Numbered from the stretch's first letter, positions 11,998 through 26,070 are shown. The stretch: 64,000 nt of DNA from Ostrea edulis (GCF_947568905.1 NC_079171.1:63860001-63924000); one strand, 5' to 3'. A program made the numbers and translations. Notes: generated by a model from the sequence alone, not told the origin.

Positions 11998-12316
11998 AGT
12001 TAACATCCGTCAGAGCTGTGATTGATATCCGTCAGAGCCATGATTAATATTCGTCAGAGCCATGATTAACATCCGTCAGAGCCATGATCAACATCTGTCA
12101 GAGCCATGATTAACATCCGTCAGAGCCGTGATTAACATCTGTCGGAGCCGTGACGAACATCCGTCGGAGCCATGATTAACACCCGTCAGAACCGTGATTA
12201 ACATCCGTCGGAGCCGTGATTAACATCCGTCAGAGCCATGAATAATATCTGTCAGAGTTGTGACTAACATCCACCAGAGCAGTGACTAACATCCGTCAGA
12301 GCCGTGATTAACATTT
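11998..12316. repeat. 22-bp minisatellite, about 14 copies
   Basis: Unit gattaacatccgtcagagcc(a/g)t. Confidence 0.92.
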
Positions 12317-12365
12317 GCTCTGAATTAGAGACACAGCGATTGACACTGACTAAGATGAGAAAGTT

Positions 12366-15300
12366 TCTAATTAACAAACTCTCGTGTTTCTAATCAACAT
12401 ACACTCGCATCTCTAATCAGAAAACACTCGCGTCTCTAATCAACAAACACTCACGTCTCTCATCAACAAACACTCACGTCTCTAATCAACAAACACTCGC
12501 ATCTCTAAACAACAAACACTCGCGTCTCTCATCAACAAACACTTGCGTCTCTCATCAACAAACACTCGGGTCTCTACACAACAAACACTCGCGTCTCTAA
12601 TCAACAAACATTCATGTCTCTAAACAACAAACACTTGTGTATCTAATCAACAAACACTTGCGTCTCTAAACAACAAACACTTGCGTCTCTAAACAACAAA
12701 CACTCGCGTCTCTACTCAACAAACACTCACGTCTCTAACCAACAAACACTCGCGTCTCTAAACAACAAACACTCGCGTCTTTAAACAACAAACACTCACG
12801 TCTCTAATCAACAAACACTCGTGTCTCTAATCAACAAACACTCATGTCTCTTAACAACAAACACTCGCGTCTCTAATCAACAAACACGCATGTCTCTAAA
12901 CAACAAACCATCACGTCACTAATCAACAAACACTCACGTCTCTAAACACTCACGTCTCTAAACAACAAATACTCGCGTCTCTAAACAACAAACACGCGTG
13001 TCTCTAAACAACAAACACGCGTGTCTCTAATTAACAAACACTCACGTCTCTAAACAACAAACACTCGCATCTTTAAATAACAAACACTCACGTTTCTAAA
13101 CAACAAACACGCGTGTCTCTAATCAACAAACACTCATGTCTCTAAACAACAAACACTCGCATCTCTAATCAACAAACACGCATGTCTCTAAACAACAAAC
13201 TATCACATCTCTAAATAATAAACACTCGCATCTCTAATCAAGAAACACTCGTGTATCTAATCAACAAACACTTGCGTCTCTAAACAACAAACACTCGCGT
13301 CTCTACTCAACAAACACTCGCATCTCTAAACAACAAACACTCGCGTCTTTAAACAACAAACACTCGCGTCTCTAAACAACAAACACTCGTGTCTCTAATC
13401 AACAAACACTCATGTCTCTTAACAACAAACTATCACGTCACTAATCAACACTCACGTCTCTAAACACTCACGTCTCTAAACAACAAACACTCGCGTCTTT
13501 AAACAACAAACACGTGTGTCTCTAATCAACAAACACTCATGTCTCTAAACAACAAACACTCGCATCTCTAATCAACAAATACTCATGTCTCTAATCAACA
13601 AACACTCACATCTCTAAATAATAAACACTCGCATCTCTAATCAAGAAACACTCGTGTATCTAATCAACAAACACTTGTGTCTCTAAATAACAAACACTTG
13701 CGTCTCTAAACAACAAACACTCGCGTCTCTACTCAACAAACACTCACGTCTCTAACCAACAAACACTCGCGTCTCTAAACAACAAACACTCGCGTCTTTA
13801 AACAACAAACACTCACGTCTCTAAACAACAAACACTCGTGTCTCTAATCAACAAACACTCATGTCTCTTAACAACAAACAATCGCGTCTCTAATCAACAA
13901 ACACGCATGTCTCTAAACAACAAACTATCACGTCACTAATCAACAAACACTCACGTCTCTAAACACTCATGTCTCTAAACAACAAATACTCGCGTCTCTA
14001 AACAACAAACACGCGTGTCTCTAAACAACAAACACGCGTGTCTCTAATTAACAAACACTCACGTCTCTAAACAACAAACACTCGCATCTCTAAACAACAA
14101 ACACTCGCGTCTTTAAACAACAAACACTCGCGTCTCTAAACAACAAACACTCGTGTCTCTAATCAACAAACACTCATGTCTCTTAACAACAAACACTCGC
14201 GTCTCTAATCAACAAACACGCATGTCTCTAAACAACAAACTATCACGTCACTAATCAACACTCACGTCTCTAAACACTCACGTCTCTAAACAACAAACAC
14301 TCGCGTCTTTAAACAACAAACACGTGTGTCTCTAATCAACAAACACTCATGTCTCTAAACAACAAACACTCGCATCTCTAATCAACAAATACTCATGTCT
14401 CTAATCAACAAACACTCACATCTCTAAATAATAAACACTCGCATCTCTAATCAAGAAACACTCGTGTATCTAATCAACAAACACTTGTGTCTCTAAATAA
14501 CAAACACTTGCGTCTCTAAACAACAAACACTCGCGTCTCTACTCAACAAACACTCACGTCTCTAACCAACAAACACTCGCGTCTCTAAACAACAAACACT
14601 CGCGTCTTTAAACAACAAACACTCACGTCTCTAAACAACAAACACTCGTGTCTCTAATCAACAAACACTCATGTCTCTTAACAACAAACAATCGCGTCTC
14701 TAATCAACAAACACGCATGTCTCTAAACAACAAACTATCACGTCACTAATCAACAAACACTCACGTCTCTAAACACTCATGTCTCTAAACAACAAATACT
14801 CGCGTCTCTAAACAACAAACACGCGTGTCTCTAAACAACAAACACGCGTGTCTCTAATTAACAAACACTCACGTCTCTAAACAACAAACACTCGCATCTT
14901 TAAATAACAAACACTCACGTTTCTAAACAACAAACACGCGTGTCTCTAATCAACAAACACTCATGTCTCTAAACAACAAACACTCGCATCTCTAATCAAC
15001 AAACACGCATGTCTCTAAACAACAAACTATCACATCTCTAAATAATAAACACTCGCATCTCTAATCAAGAAACACTCGTGTATCTAATCAACAAACACTT
15101 GCGTCTCTAAACAACAAACACTCACGTCTCTACTCAACAAACACTCGCGTCTCTAAACAACAAACACTCGCGTCTTTAAACAACAAACACTCGCGTCTCT
15201 AAACAACAAACACTCGTGTCTCTAATCAACAAACACTCATGTCTCTTAACAACAAACACTCGCGTCTCTAATCAACAAACACGCATGTCTCTAAACAACA

Positions 15301-18200
15301 AACTATCACGTCACTAATCAACACTCACGTCTCTAAACACTCACGTCTCTAAACAACAAACACTCGCGTCTTTAAACAACAAACACGTGTGTCTCTAATC
15401 AACAAACACTCATGTCTCTAAACAACAAACACTCGCATCTCTAATCAACAAACACTCATGTCTCTAATCAACAAACACTCACATCTCTAAATAATAAACA
15501 CTCGCATCTCTAATCAAGAAACACTCGTGTATCTAATCAACAAACACTTGCGTCTCTAAACAACAAACACTCGCGTCTCTAAACAACAAACACTCACGTC
15601 TTTAAACAACAAACACTCGCGTCTTTAAACAACAAACACTCATGTCTCTAATCAACAAACACTCATGTCTCTAAACAACAAACACTCGCATCTCTAATCA
15701 ACAAACACTCATGTCTCTAATCAACAAACACTCACATCTCTAAATAATAAACACTCGCATCTCTAATCAACAAACACTCACGTCTCTAAACAACAAACAC
15801 TCGCGTCTCTACTCAACAAACACTCATGTCTCTAAACAACAAACACTTGTGTCTCTAATCAACAAACACTCACATCTCTAAATAATAAACACTCGCATCT
15901 CTAATCAAGAAACACTCGTGTATCTAATCAACAAACACTTGCGTCTCTAAACAACAAACACTCGCGTCTCTACTCAACAAACACTCGCGTCTCTAAACAA
16001 CAAACACTCGCGTCTTTAAACAACAAACACTCGCATCTCTAATCAACAAACACTCACGTCTCTAAACAACAAACACTCACGTCTCTAAACAACAAACACT
16101 CGCATCTCTAAACAACAAACACTCACGTCTCTAAACAACAAACACTCGTGTCTCTAATCAACAAACACGCATGTCTCTAAACAACAAACTATCACGTCAC
16201 TAATCAACACTCACGTCTCTAAACACTCACGTCTCTAAACAACAAACACTCATGTCTCTCATCAACAAACACTCATGTCTCTAAACAACAAACACTCATG
16301 TCTCTAATCAACAAACACTCATGTCTCTAAACAACAAACACTCGCGTTTCTAAACAACAAACACTCGCATCTCTAATCAACAAACACTCACGTCTCCAAC
16401 CAACAAACACTCATGTCTCTAAACAACAAACACTTGTGTCTCTAATCAACAAACACTCATGTCTCTAAACAACAAACACTCGCGTTTCTAAACAAAAAAC
16501 ACTCACGTCTCTAAACAACAAACACTTGTGTATCTAATCAACAAACACTTGCGTCTCTCAACAACAAACACTCGCGTCTCTACTCAACAAACACTCACGT
16601 CTCTAACCAACAAACACTCGCGTCTCTAAACAACAAACACTCGCGTCTTTAAACAACAAACACTCACGTCTCTAATCAACAAACACTCGTGTCTCTAATC
16701 AACAAACACTCATGTCTCTTAACAACAAACACTCGCGTCTCTAATCAACAAACACGCATGTCTCTAAACAACAAACTATCATGTCACTAATCAACAAACA
16801 CTCACGTCTCTAAACACTCACGTCTCTAAACAACAAATACTCACGTCTCTAAACAACAAACACTCGCATCTTTAAACAACAAACACTCACGTTTCTAAAC
16901 AACAAACATGCGTGTCTCTAATCAACAAACACTCATGTCTCTAAACAACAAACACTCGCATCTCTAATCAACGAACACTCGTGTCTCTAATCAACAAACA
17001 CTCACATCTCTAAATAATAAACACTCGCATCTCTAATCAAGAAACACTCGTGTATCTAATCAACAAACACTTGCGTCTCTAAACAACAAACACTCGCGTC
17101 TCTACTCAACAAACACTCGCGTCTCTAAACAACAAACACTCGCGTCTCTAAACAACAAACACTCGTGTCTCTAAACAACAAACACTCGCATCTCTAATCA
17201 ACAAACACTCACATCTCTAATCAACAAACACTCGCGTTTCTAATAAAAAAAAACACTCACGTCTCTAAACAACAAACACTCATGTCTCTAATCAACAAAC
17301 ACTCGCGTCTCTAAACAACAAACACTCGCATCTCTAATCAACAAACACTCACGTCTCCAACCAACAAACACTCATGTCTCTAAACAACAAACACTCACGT
17401 CTCTAAACAACAAATACTCGCGCCTCTAAACAACAAACACGCGTGTCTCTAATCAACAAACACTTGCGTCTCTAAACAACAAACACTCGCATCTCTAATC
17501 AACAAACACTCACGTCTCCAACCAACAAACACTCATGTCTCTAAACAACAAACACTCATGTCTCTAAACAACAAACACTCACGTTTCTAAACAACAAACA
17601 CTCACGTCTCTAAACAACAAATACTCGCGCCTCTAAACAACAAACACGCGTGTCTCTAATCAACAAACACTTGCGTCTCTAAACAACAAACACTCGCATC
17701 TCTAATCAACAAACACTCACGTCTCCAACCAACAAACACTCATGTCTCTAAACAACAAACACTCATGTCTCTAAACAACAAACACTCACGTTTCTAAACA
17801 ACAAACACTCACGTCTCTAAACAACAAATACTCGCGCCTCTAAACAACAAACACGCGTGTCTCTAATCAACAAACACTTGCGTCTCTAAACAACAAACAC
17901 TCGCATCTCTAATCAACAAACACTCACGTCTCTAAACAACAAATACTCGCGCCTCTAAACAACAAACACGCGTGTCTCTAATCAACAAACACTTGCGTCT
18001 CTAAACAACAAACACTCGCATCTCTAATCAACAAACACTCACGTCTCCAACCAACAAACACTCATGTCTCTAAACAACAAACACTAGCGTCTCTAAACAA
18101 CAAACACTCACGTTTCTAAACAACAAACACTCGTGTCTCTAATCAACAAGCACTCGAGTCTGTAATCAACAAACAGTGTAGTCTCTAAACAACGAACGCG
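12366..18200. repeat. 23-bp satellite array of about 5.8 kb (about 250 monomers) with higher-order blocks
   Basis: Unit ctaa(a/t)caacaaacactc(g/a)(c/t)gtct; the + strand is very G-poor. The variant block tatcacgtcactaatcaacactcacg recurs at 13431, 14241, 15304 and 16190. Confidence 0.97.
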
Positions 18201-18454
18201 TTTCATATCAAATGCTCTCTCTAATGGCTAGTTTCGATGTTTTGATTTATGTAGTAAAACAGTTATTGACATTTTCTTGGTCAGTGCAGTGGTTTTGTAA
18301 CCTTGGCAGCATGATGTTTACCGAGCACGAAGGACGAGCTGAATATTGTGCTTCCACGGTAACTAAAAAATCGAAATGACCGACAAAATGTCAATGATTG
18401 TGTTTGCAATGGTCTTCAAACAATTAGGAACACGTATGGAAATCAAGCGAGGTA

Positions 18455-18735
18455 TTTTGTCTGCTTAGTCCGCGGTCGGAAGGGAATGTTTACTTCTCCT
18501 ATGCACCTGATCCCACCTCTGGTGTGTCCAGGGGTCCGTGTTTGTCTGATCCCACCTCTGGTATGTCAAGGGGTCTGTGTTTGTCTGATCCCACCTCTGG
18601 TATATCCAGGGATCCGTGTTTGCCCAACTCTCTATTTTGTATTGCTTATAGGAGTTATGGGATTGATCACTCTTCGTTATCTTAACCTTTATAGGAGTTA
18701 TGAGATTGATCACTCTTCGTTATCTTCAATTTTCT
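18455..18735 (+). mobile_element. Penelope-like element 3' fragment with local 39-bp and 43-bp duplications
   Basis: cacctgatcccacctctggtgtgtccaggggtccgtgtttg x3, then ...ttataggagttatgagattgatcac x2. Confidence 0.8.
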
Positions 18736-19603
18736 TGATATATCTAGTAACCTTAATTGTTTAGAGCATGAGGTGTTATCTGAAAGAGATGTCTGAATTA
18801 GAATTGGTGGGAATGACATGCAGGCAACCCTCTCTAGTCTCCATTCAGAGTAGAGATTGAAGAAACACTAGCTGTGAAAGTGATGGCAACGTTGTTTTCT
18901 CTCAAAATCTCTCAATGGACTAGGAATATATAGTAATGACCAATAAAAACATTTATTTTGTACAAAAACAAAACAAACCTAATAAATCTAATTTAGATAA
19001 CCGCTTTTAGTGCAAAGGAATTATTATATACGGAACAATTATTATCTTGCAATAATTATTTAATCACCCCTATCACAACCTCATGTGCCTGCTTTGAGAT
19101 TAAAAAGTTTGAAATCATTTGATGCTGGTGTTATTACTGCAATCTATAGAATACAGCCATTTTCATTGAATTCAATTTTTGGTGACAAATTTACAGCTAC
19201 TGACCCTTTAAGGATGCGATACTGACCCTTTAAGGATGCGATACTGACCCTTTAAGGATGCGACTATGGAGAAATAGATACCGTCACTTTACGACTGTTG
19301 CAAAATGAAGATGTTTTATGGCTAAGCGCGATGTTTATACCAATTTTTTCTTTAATTATTTTTCATTTACTCGATATGGAGAGTTCTTGTATATTTTCAA
19401 AATTATCCAAACCACGTGACTTTCAAATGTGCACACAGAAACGCATATGGCGGATACTAGTGGTGCTGTGAAAAAAAGCAAGGAAAAGCATTGAGATTTA
19501 GTCCATTTATTTTCGTGTCAGGTTTTTATGTACGAATTAAATGCAAGATGTAAAAATTCCAAGCGGTCACAATCGCTTTATACAGTCCATTCTTACTTAT
19601 GTA

Positions 19604-20060
19604 CTTACCCTACCTTTTAAACTCAGACAATGTACTTCATTGTCTAATTTTAAAGTGGACCTCAAAACGCATCTCTTTAGATCAGCTTTTAATTTGTGAT
19701 TATTTTTATATAATTAGTGCTCTTACATACAGCTCTTACAGTGCTGTTAACAACAAAAAAAAAAAACCAAAAAAAAAACAACAACCTGCTGTTTGATATT
19801 ATGCCTATGTCCTTTTTATGTATTTAATTATTCCTAAGGGTTGTTTTAAATTGCTTCATATGTTATTAGGGTAATCATATCATATCGCTATATATTAATA
19901 ATAATGTTTATGTATTTTAATTCTGACACTATGAATATTTTATTTACATGTATGTGCACATCGATTTTATATCATCTTTTCTTTCACATTTGTAAAGCGC
20001 TTTAGAGAACTAATGTTGATAGGGCGCTATATAAATCTTTTAATTACAATTACAATTACA
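19604..20060 (+). mobile_element. L2/CR1-type LINE 3' fragment
   Basis: tgtaaagcgctttagag...gggcgctatataaat 3' motif, (ATTACA)n tail, ATGTA duplicated at 19599-19603 and 20061-20065. Absent from the second copy of the duplicated segment (near 21597). Confidence 0.7.
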
Positions 20061-20093
20061 ATGTAAAACTTAAAATACGGTGCCAATTTTGAT

Positions 20094-20137
20094 GCACCAG
20101 ATGCACATTTCGACAAATAATGTCTCTTCAGTAATGC
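20094..20137 (-). ncRNA. Minimal type I hammerhead ribozyme (intact core)
   Basis: - strand: GCAUUA CUGAAGA GAC AUUAUUU GUC GAAA UGUGCA UC UGGUGC. Stem I, CUGANGA, stem II, GAAA, 1-bp stem III and AUC cleavage triplet are all present. Confidence 0.8.
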
Positions 20138-21118
20138 TCAACGAAAATGTTTGAAATCCGAAATCACAATGAAGTTTTAGAGCTGTTATAGTGAAAAACT
20201 GTGTGCCAAAAAAGTGGAGTAAAATTCGTCTAGGGATAAGAGCTATGCGTGAGGGAGATAATCCTTAATTTGGAAATGAATTTCCAAAACATGAATAATG
20301 TTACTTGGGATTTATTTTCACTTCGATATAATATGAGCGGCTTCAATATATGCGGTACAGACTGTATATATCGTCATAATGACCGACTTCCTTTCGAAAA
20401 TATCGGAGACATATTTCTTGTGTCTTCATAAACTTCATTGCCTGGTGAGTTATCGAGATAGCGGATCCACAGGTCATAAGTTAGAATATGACAGCGGCTT
20501 TTAAAGTTTTTCCTCGATTACTTTCGACTAAAAGCGTATATTTTTCCACATTTAGAATAAAGTAAATTTCGATATTATATTATTCTACATATTTTTCACT
20601 CCCCGTTGATATGACAGCTCTCTCTGTTGTGAAAAACATCCTTCAGAAAGAATAACAGGATATCATAAGAATGGTGAGCCGTATATAGCTTGTCCGTTTA
20701 ACCTCTATTGCCGGGTAGTTCAGTGGGATAACGTGTTACAGATGTCAATTTCAAAATTTTAAATTATCGATTTTTTTCTGGTATCCCACTGACATACATC
20801 ATTAAAGTCATTCATGACGTTTCTGCCATTTTAAGAAAAAAACATTTCTTCATCATATTCTCAGTAATATAGTCTTGTTTGACGGCAGCAGATCGCGAAT
20901 TCTATGGTCGTTGTAATGATCTTGTTTGTTTGACGTCAGCAGTTCGCGAATTCTATGGTCGTTGTAATGATCTTGTTTGTTTGACGTCAGCAGTTCGCGA
21001 ATTCTGTCGTTAGGTCCCGTGCTGTCTGACGTATTTTCTACCAACTGCTATGCCGTTCTTTATATACTAGCGTTGAGTACGGATTACTCCGTTTACACAC
21101 GGCGGGTGTGACCGGTCA

Positions 21119-21268
21119 NNNNNNNNNNNNNNNNNNNNNNNNNNNNNNNNNNNNNNNNNNNNNNNNNNNNNNNNNNNNNNNNNNNNNNNNNNNNNNNNNN
21201 NNNNNNNNNNNNNNNNNNNNNNNNNNNNNNNNNNNNNNNNNNNNNNNNNNNNNNNNNNNNNNNNNNNN
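21119..21268. other. Assembly gap (150 N)
   Basis: Run of N. Confidence 1.
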
Positions 21269-21626
21269 TGTTTGACATCAGCAGTTCGCGAATTATATGG
21301 TCGTTGTAATTATGGCTATATGCGATGTTTATACTAATTTTTTCTTAAATTGTTTTTCATTTACTCGATATGGAGAGTTCGTGTATATTTTCGAAAATAT
21401 CCAAACCACGTGACTTTCAAATGTGCACACAGAAACACACATGACGGATATTAGTGGTGCTGTGGAAAAAAAGCAAGGAAAAGCATTAAGATTTAGTCCA
21501 TTTATTTTCGTGTCAGGTTTTTATGTACGAATTAAATGCAAGATGAAAAAATTCCAAGTGGTCACAATCGCTTTATACAGTCCATTCCTACTTATGTAAA
21601 ACTTAAAATACGGTGCCAATTTTGAT

Positions 21627-21670
21627 GCACCAGATGCACATTTCGACAAATAATGTCTCTTCAGTGATGC
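21627..21670 (-). ncRNA. Minimal type I hammerhead ribozyme (intact core)
   Basis: - strand: GCAUCA CUGAAGA GAC AUUAUUU GUC GAAA UGUGCA UC UGGUGC. Confidence 0.82.
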
Positions 21671-22429
21671 TCAACGAAAATGTTTGAAATCCGAAATCAC
21701 AATGAAGTTTTAGAGCTGTTATAGTGAAAAACTGTGTGCCAAAAAAAGTGGAGTAAAATTCGTCTAGGGATAAGAGCTATGCGTGAGGGAGATAATCCTT
21801 AATTTGGAAATGAATTTCCAAAACATGAATAATGTTACCTGGGATTTATTTTCACTTCGATATAACAGGTCGCTCAATATGAGCGACTTCAATATATGTG
21901 GTACAGACTGTATATATCGTCATAATGGCCGACTTCCTTTCGAAAATATCGGAGACATATTTCTTGTGTCTTCATAAACTTCATTGCCTGGTGAGTTATC
22001 GAGATAGCGGATCCACAGGTCATAAGTTAGAATATGACAGCGGCTTTTAAAGTTTTTCCTTGAATACTTTCGACTAAAAGCGTATATTTTTCCACATTTA
22101 GAATAAAGTAAATTTCGATATTATGTTATTCTACATATTTTTCACTCCCCGTTGATATGACAGCTCTCTCTGTTGTGAAAAACATCCTTCAGAAAGAATA
22201 ACAGGATATCATAGGAATGGTGAGCCGTATATAGCTTGTCCGTTTAACCTCTATTGCCGGGTAGTTCAGTGGGATAACGTGTTACAGATGTCAATTTCAA
22301 AATTTTAAAATATCGATTTTTCTCTGGTATCCCACTGACATACATCATAAAAGTCATTCATGACGTTTCTGCCATTTTAAGAAAAAAAACATTTCTTCAT
22401 ATTCTCAGTAATATGGTCTTGTTTGACGG

Positions 22430-22755
22430 CAGCAGATCAGTAATCCTGTGGTCTTTGTAATGATCTTGTTTGTTTGATGTCAGCAGTTCGCGAATTCTGT
22501 GGTCGTTGTAATGATCTTGTTTGTTTGACGTCAGCAGTTCGCGAATTCTATGGTCTTTGTAATGATCTTGTTTGTTTGATGTCAGCAGTTCGCGAATTCT
22601 GTGGTCGTTGTAATGATCTTGTTTGTTTGACGTCAGCAGTTCGCGAATTCTATGGTCGTTGTAATGATCTTGTTTGTTTGATGTCAGCAGATCGCGAATT
22701 CTATGGTCGTTGTAATGATCTTGTTTGTTTGACGTCAGCAGTTCGCGAATTCTGT
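22430..22755 (+). repeat. 51-bp minisatellite derived from the Penelope-like RT C-terminal coding region, about 6 copies (2-3 copies at 20885-21005)
   Basis: Unit cagcagttcgcgaattctatggtcgttgtaatgatcttgtttgtttgacgt reads SAVREFYGRCNDLV; compare SAFHKFYGRYNDLV at 25274-25315. Confidence 0.85.
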
Positions 22756-23584
22756 CGTTAGGTCCCGTGCTGTCTGACGTATTTTCTACCAACTGCTATG
22801 CCGTTCTTTATATACTAGCGTTGAGTACGCATTACTCCGTTTACACACGGCGGGTGTGACCGGTCAACAGGGGATACTTACTCCTCCTCTTTTTCCTCCT
22901 CCTCCTCTTTCTCTCCTCCTCCTCCTCTTTCTCTCCTCCTCCTCTTTCTCCACCTCCTCCTCTTTCTCCTCCTCTTTCTCTTCCTCCTCCTCCTCTAACC
23001 TTCGGTGTGTCCAGGGACCCGTGTTTGTCCTACCTTTTTTGTATTCTTTATGAAATTTATGAAATTTGTCACTGTTCGTTATCTTCATACTTATAACACC
23101 ATACTTTAAGTTCAATTCTACACCCTATATTTCCGATGAATATATACTTCTACTTTTACATCCAAAGTTTTAATTACAAACTTTACAGTGCCAAGATATA
23201 GATCATTTTATACAAAACCTGCATATATGTTCTTAATTGTTTTTCTTTTAACTATAGTCCAGCTGCCGATGTCATTACTGTTGATGTCGATATAGTTAAA
23301 CATGAGTACCTGAAATCAGTATTTTTAAAAGATCCAAAATTCAAAGAGCCCCAATCTTTCAAATGGCGACAGAACTTCATCTCTTATGAATTCTATCAAA
23401 GATTATGCCAGAACATGGGCTAAATATGAAAAAGAACTTTACAACTTGTCAGAATGGATTAAAAAGTATAGGAGGAAAATCAAAATCCCGTATGAGATAC
23501 ATCAAAACAAAAGTGCGTACTATCTATTCTTCTGACTTTAGTAAACCAGATGCGATAAACGGATTAGATAGGTTACACTGATTT

Positions 23585-25595
23585 TAACTACGAATTACTT
23601 CATTTACCTGATCACGATATAGGGCTCACGGCGGGTGTCACCGGTCGGCAGGGGATGCTTACTCCTCCTAGGCACCAAATACCACTTCTAGCATATCCAG
23701 GGGTCCGTGTTTATCGAAATCTCTATTTCGTATTCCTTAAAGAAGTTATGAGTTTGATCACTGTTCGTTATCTTCACCTTTTATGTGGAATATGTTTTGC
23801 TTCCAGCTGACAAAGCTTGTAACAACATTCTCTTTGTAAGACTCATTGTTATACAGGATTTTATATGAACTTGTCTTGGCCTTAATTCCAATTTGGTAAT
23901 CCTACTTATACTTAAGTTCCCTTTCCAAAGACGAAATTCTTCAAATTCACGCTTCACTTTTAAACTTATTTAATATTCCAGTCAATGAGACAAATGAATA
24001 TGAATTACCGTACTATACCTATACTGGATTTCAAAGCTACACAAAAATCCTTACAAAGAAATATACATTGCAGGACCCATTAAATGTTCTACCAAGTCCT
24101 TATTCTTGCTTCTCACGGAATTATTAACTGCTGTTAAGGAGAAACTTCAAACGTATTGTGCCACAACATGAAACCACAACTTGAAATCGCAAAACTTTTC
24201 CCAATTCAATAGCATCAAAACCTATGACTTTTCAACACTTTACACGACCATTCCTCATGATCAATTAAAGTCTAGGCATTTTGACATCATAGACAGTTGC
24301 TTCTTCGACAAAAATGGAAAACGGAAATATTCATGCCTAGTGATCAGTCATTCAAAAATTACCCTGTTAAACACCACTCTGATTCCAGCACAAGTACTCG
24401 GAAGTTGATATGAGTTCCACATTGACAATATCTTCTTTGGTGATGAGGTTTATCCCGTGATCTGTTGGAATTCCCATGGACACGAATTGTGCTCCTTTGT
24501 TAGCTAAATTATTAGGTGACCTGTTTTTGTATTCTTATGAAGCAGAATTTGTTCAAACACTTGGAAAGAGAAAATCTCTCGCTGTGGCCTTCAACTCGAC
24601 GTTTAGATATATCGACGACGTTCATTCATATGTCGATTCGATATATCCCAACAATCTCCAAATAAAAGACAACTCAGAGTCTTCCACATCTGCTTTATTC
24701 TTAGATATTTTATTGAAGATAGATATGTCAATGGCAACTACTTGTGATTTGTGTGGTCACCCTGCTGAAAATGCTTATCATATTTTCTTTAAATGTCTTC
24801 AGTTCTCAGTGCAAAGAGTCAATAAATCCGATGCAACTACAAGTTCCCATATCATTAAAGTTATTGCTGAGTGTTTATGAGATTCTTGAGTTCAAAGATA
24901 ACAAAAAGATTTTTGAATATTTTCAGAAATACATTTCGGGAAGCAAAGATTTTGAAAATGCACTTAATACATATGATTTCACTTTTTGTCTTTTGTAAGT
25001 ACCTTAGTCCCCACTAACCTCCCCCCACATTTCTCTTTTGTTAGCTTATTATTCATATCAAGAGTTCCTACTCCTTATATAATCATTATACTTTGAATGA
25101 TACATTATCCTTTTACTTCATATCTACATTGTAATTTCTCATGTACATCATTATGTGGACTTCACCTTGTACCTTAAAGGAGAAGGCTTATATATAGACG
25201 CTGTTCACTGCTTGACCCTTATCATGTTATCAAGTTTATGGTACAAGGATTTCAACAGTCTCGATTGACGTCAGCATTTCACAAATTCTATGGTCGTTAT
25301 AACGATCTAGTTCGTCAATACAACCTCGCATTGGGTCAAATGCTGTCTGAGGTGTTTCATACCGATTGTTAAGCCGTTTTTGGCACACTGATTTTGACTG
25401 CGGATAACTCCGTTTACCTGATCAGGATATGGGGCTCACGGCGGGTGTGACCGGTCAACAGGGGATGCTTACTCCTCCTAGGCACCTGATCCCACCTCTG
25501 GTGTGTCCAGGGGTCCGTGTTTGCCCAGCTGTCTGTTTTGTATTGCTTGTAGGAGTTATGAGATTGATCACTGTTCGCTATCTTCACCTTGCACA
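23585..25595 (+). mobile_element. Degenerate Penelope-like element (probably Naiad-type): upstream 3'-UTR copy, RT pseudogene and 3' UTR
   Basis: LYWISKLHKNPYK; IKTYDFSTLYTTIPHDQLK; GIPMDTNCAPLLA..LFLYSYEAEF; TFRYIDDV; ...GFQQSRLTSAFHKFYGRYNDLVRQYNLALGQMLSEVFHTDC*. No endonuclease follows the RT. Confidence 0.88.
24726..25245 (+). mobile_element. Unrelated non-LTR retrotransposon 3' fragment nested in the PLE RT
   Basis: CDLCGHPAENAYHIFFKC zinc-knuckle-like motif typical of non-LTR ORF2 C-termini; it interrupts the PLE reading frame. Confidence 0.45.
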
Positions 25596-25844
25596 ATGAA
25601 ATACTGTTTTAGAAAATACTTCATGAAGTATGGTAGTTTATTATACCATTGTGTATTTCTAAATATGAAATTTATTTTTATACATTTACTTTCTACTTTC
25701 ATTTCTGTGGGAATTCCCAGTCGTTAGACATGCTATATTTATCGAGATTCAAACTCACATTATTCATAACTGTATTCATGAGAAAATGATGGCTTCATGT
25801 ATCATTATAAATTGTAAAGATATCAAAGGCAAAACTATTGGAAA

Positions 25845-26070
25845 TGTGAATGTTAAATAATGTAGATTCTAGAGTTTTCTAAATGTGAATGTTAAATAAT
25901 GTAGATTCTAGAGTTTTCTAAATGTGAATGTTAAATAATGTAGATTCTAGAGTTTTCTAAATGTGAATGTTAAATAATGTAGATTCTAGAGTTTTCTAAA
26001 TGTAAAAGTTAAATAATGTAGATTCTAGAGTTTTCTAAATGTGAATGTTAAATAATGTAGATTCTAGTAT
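25845..26070. repeat. 39-bp minisatellite, about 5.5 copies
   Basis: Unit aatgtgaatgttaaataatgtagattctagagttttcta. Confidence 0.95.

Larger units (their letters stand above)
19316..22880. repeat. Tandem segmental duplication (19316-21118 vs 21310-22880) around an N gap
   Basis: Both copies run ttatggcta...cagtccatt, HHR segment, ...ccgggtagttcagtggg, 51-bp repeats, acggcgggtgtgaccggtca. They differ by scattered substitutions, small indels and the L2 insert. Confidence 0.9.

Noticed and set aside
25370-25595. SECIS element in the Penelope-like 3' UTR (some Naiads are selenoproteins)
   Set aside because: By eye I found no RUGA...AA...GA stem with the right spacing; SECISearch would be decisive.
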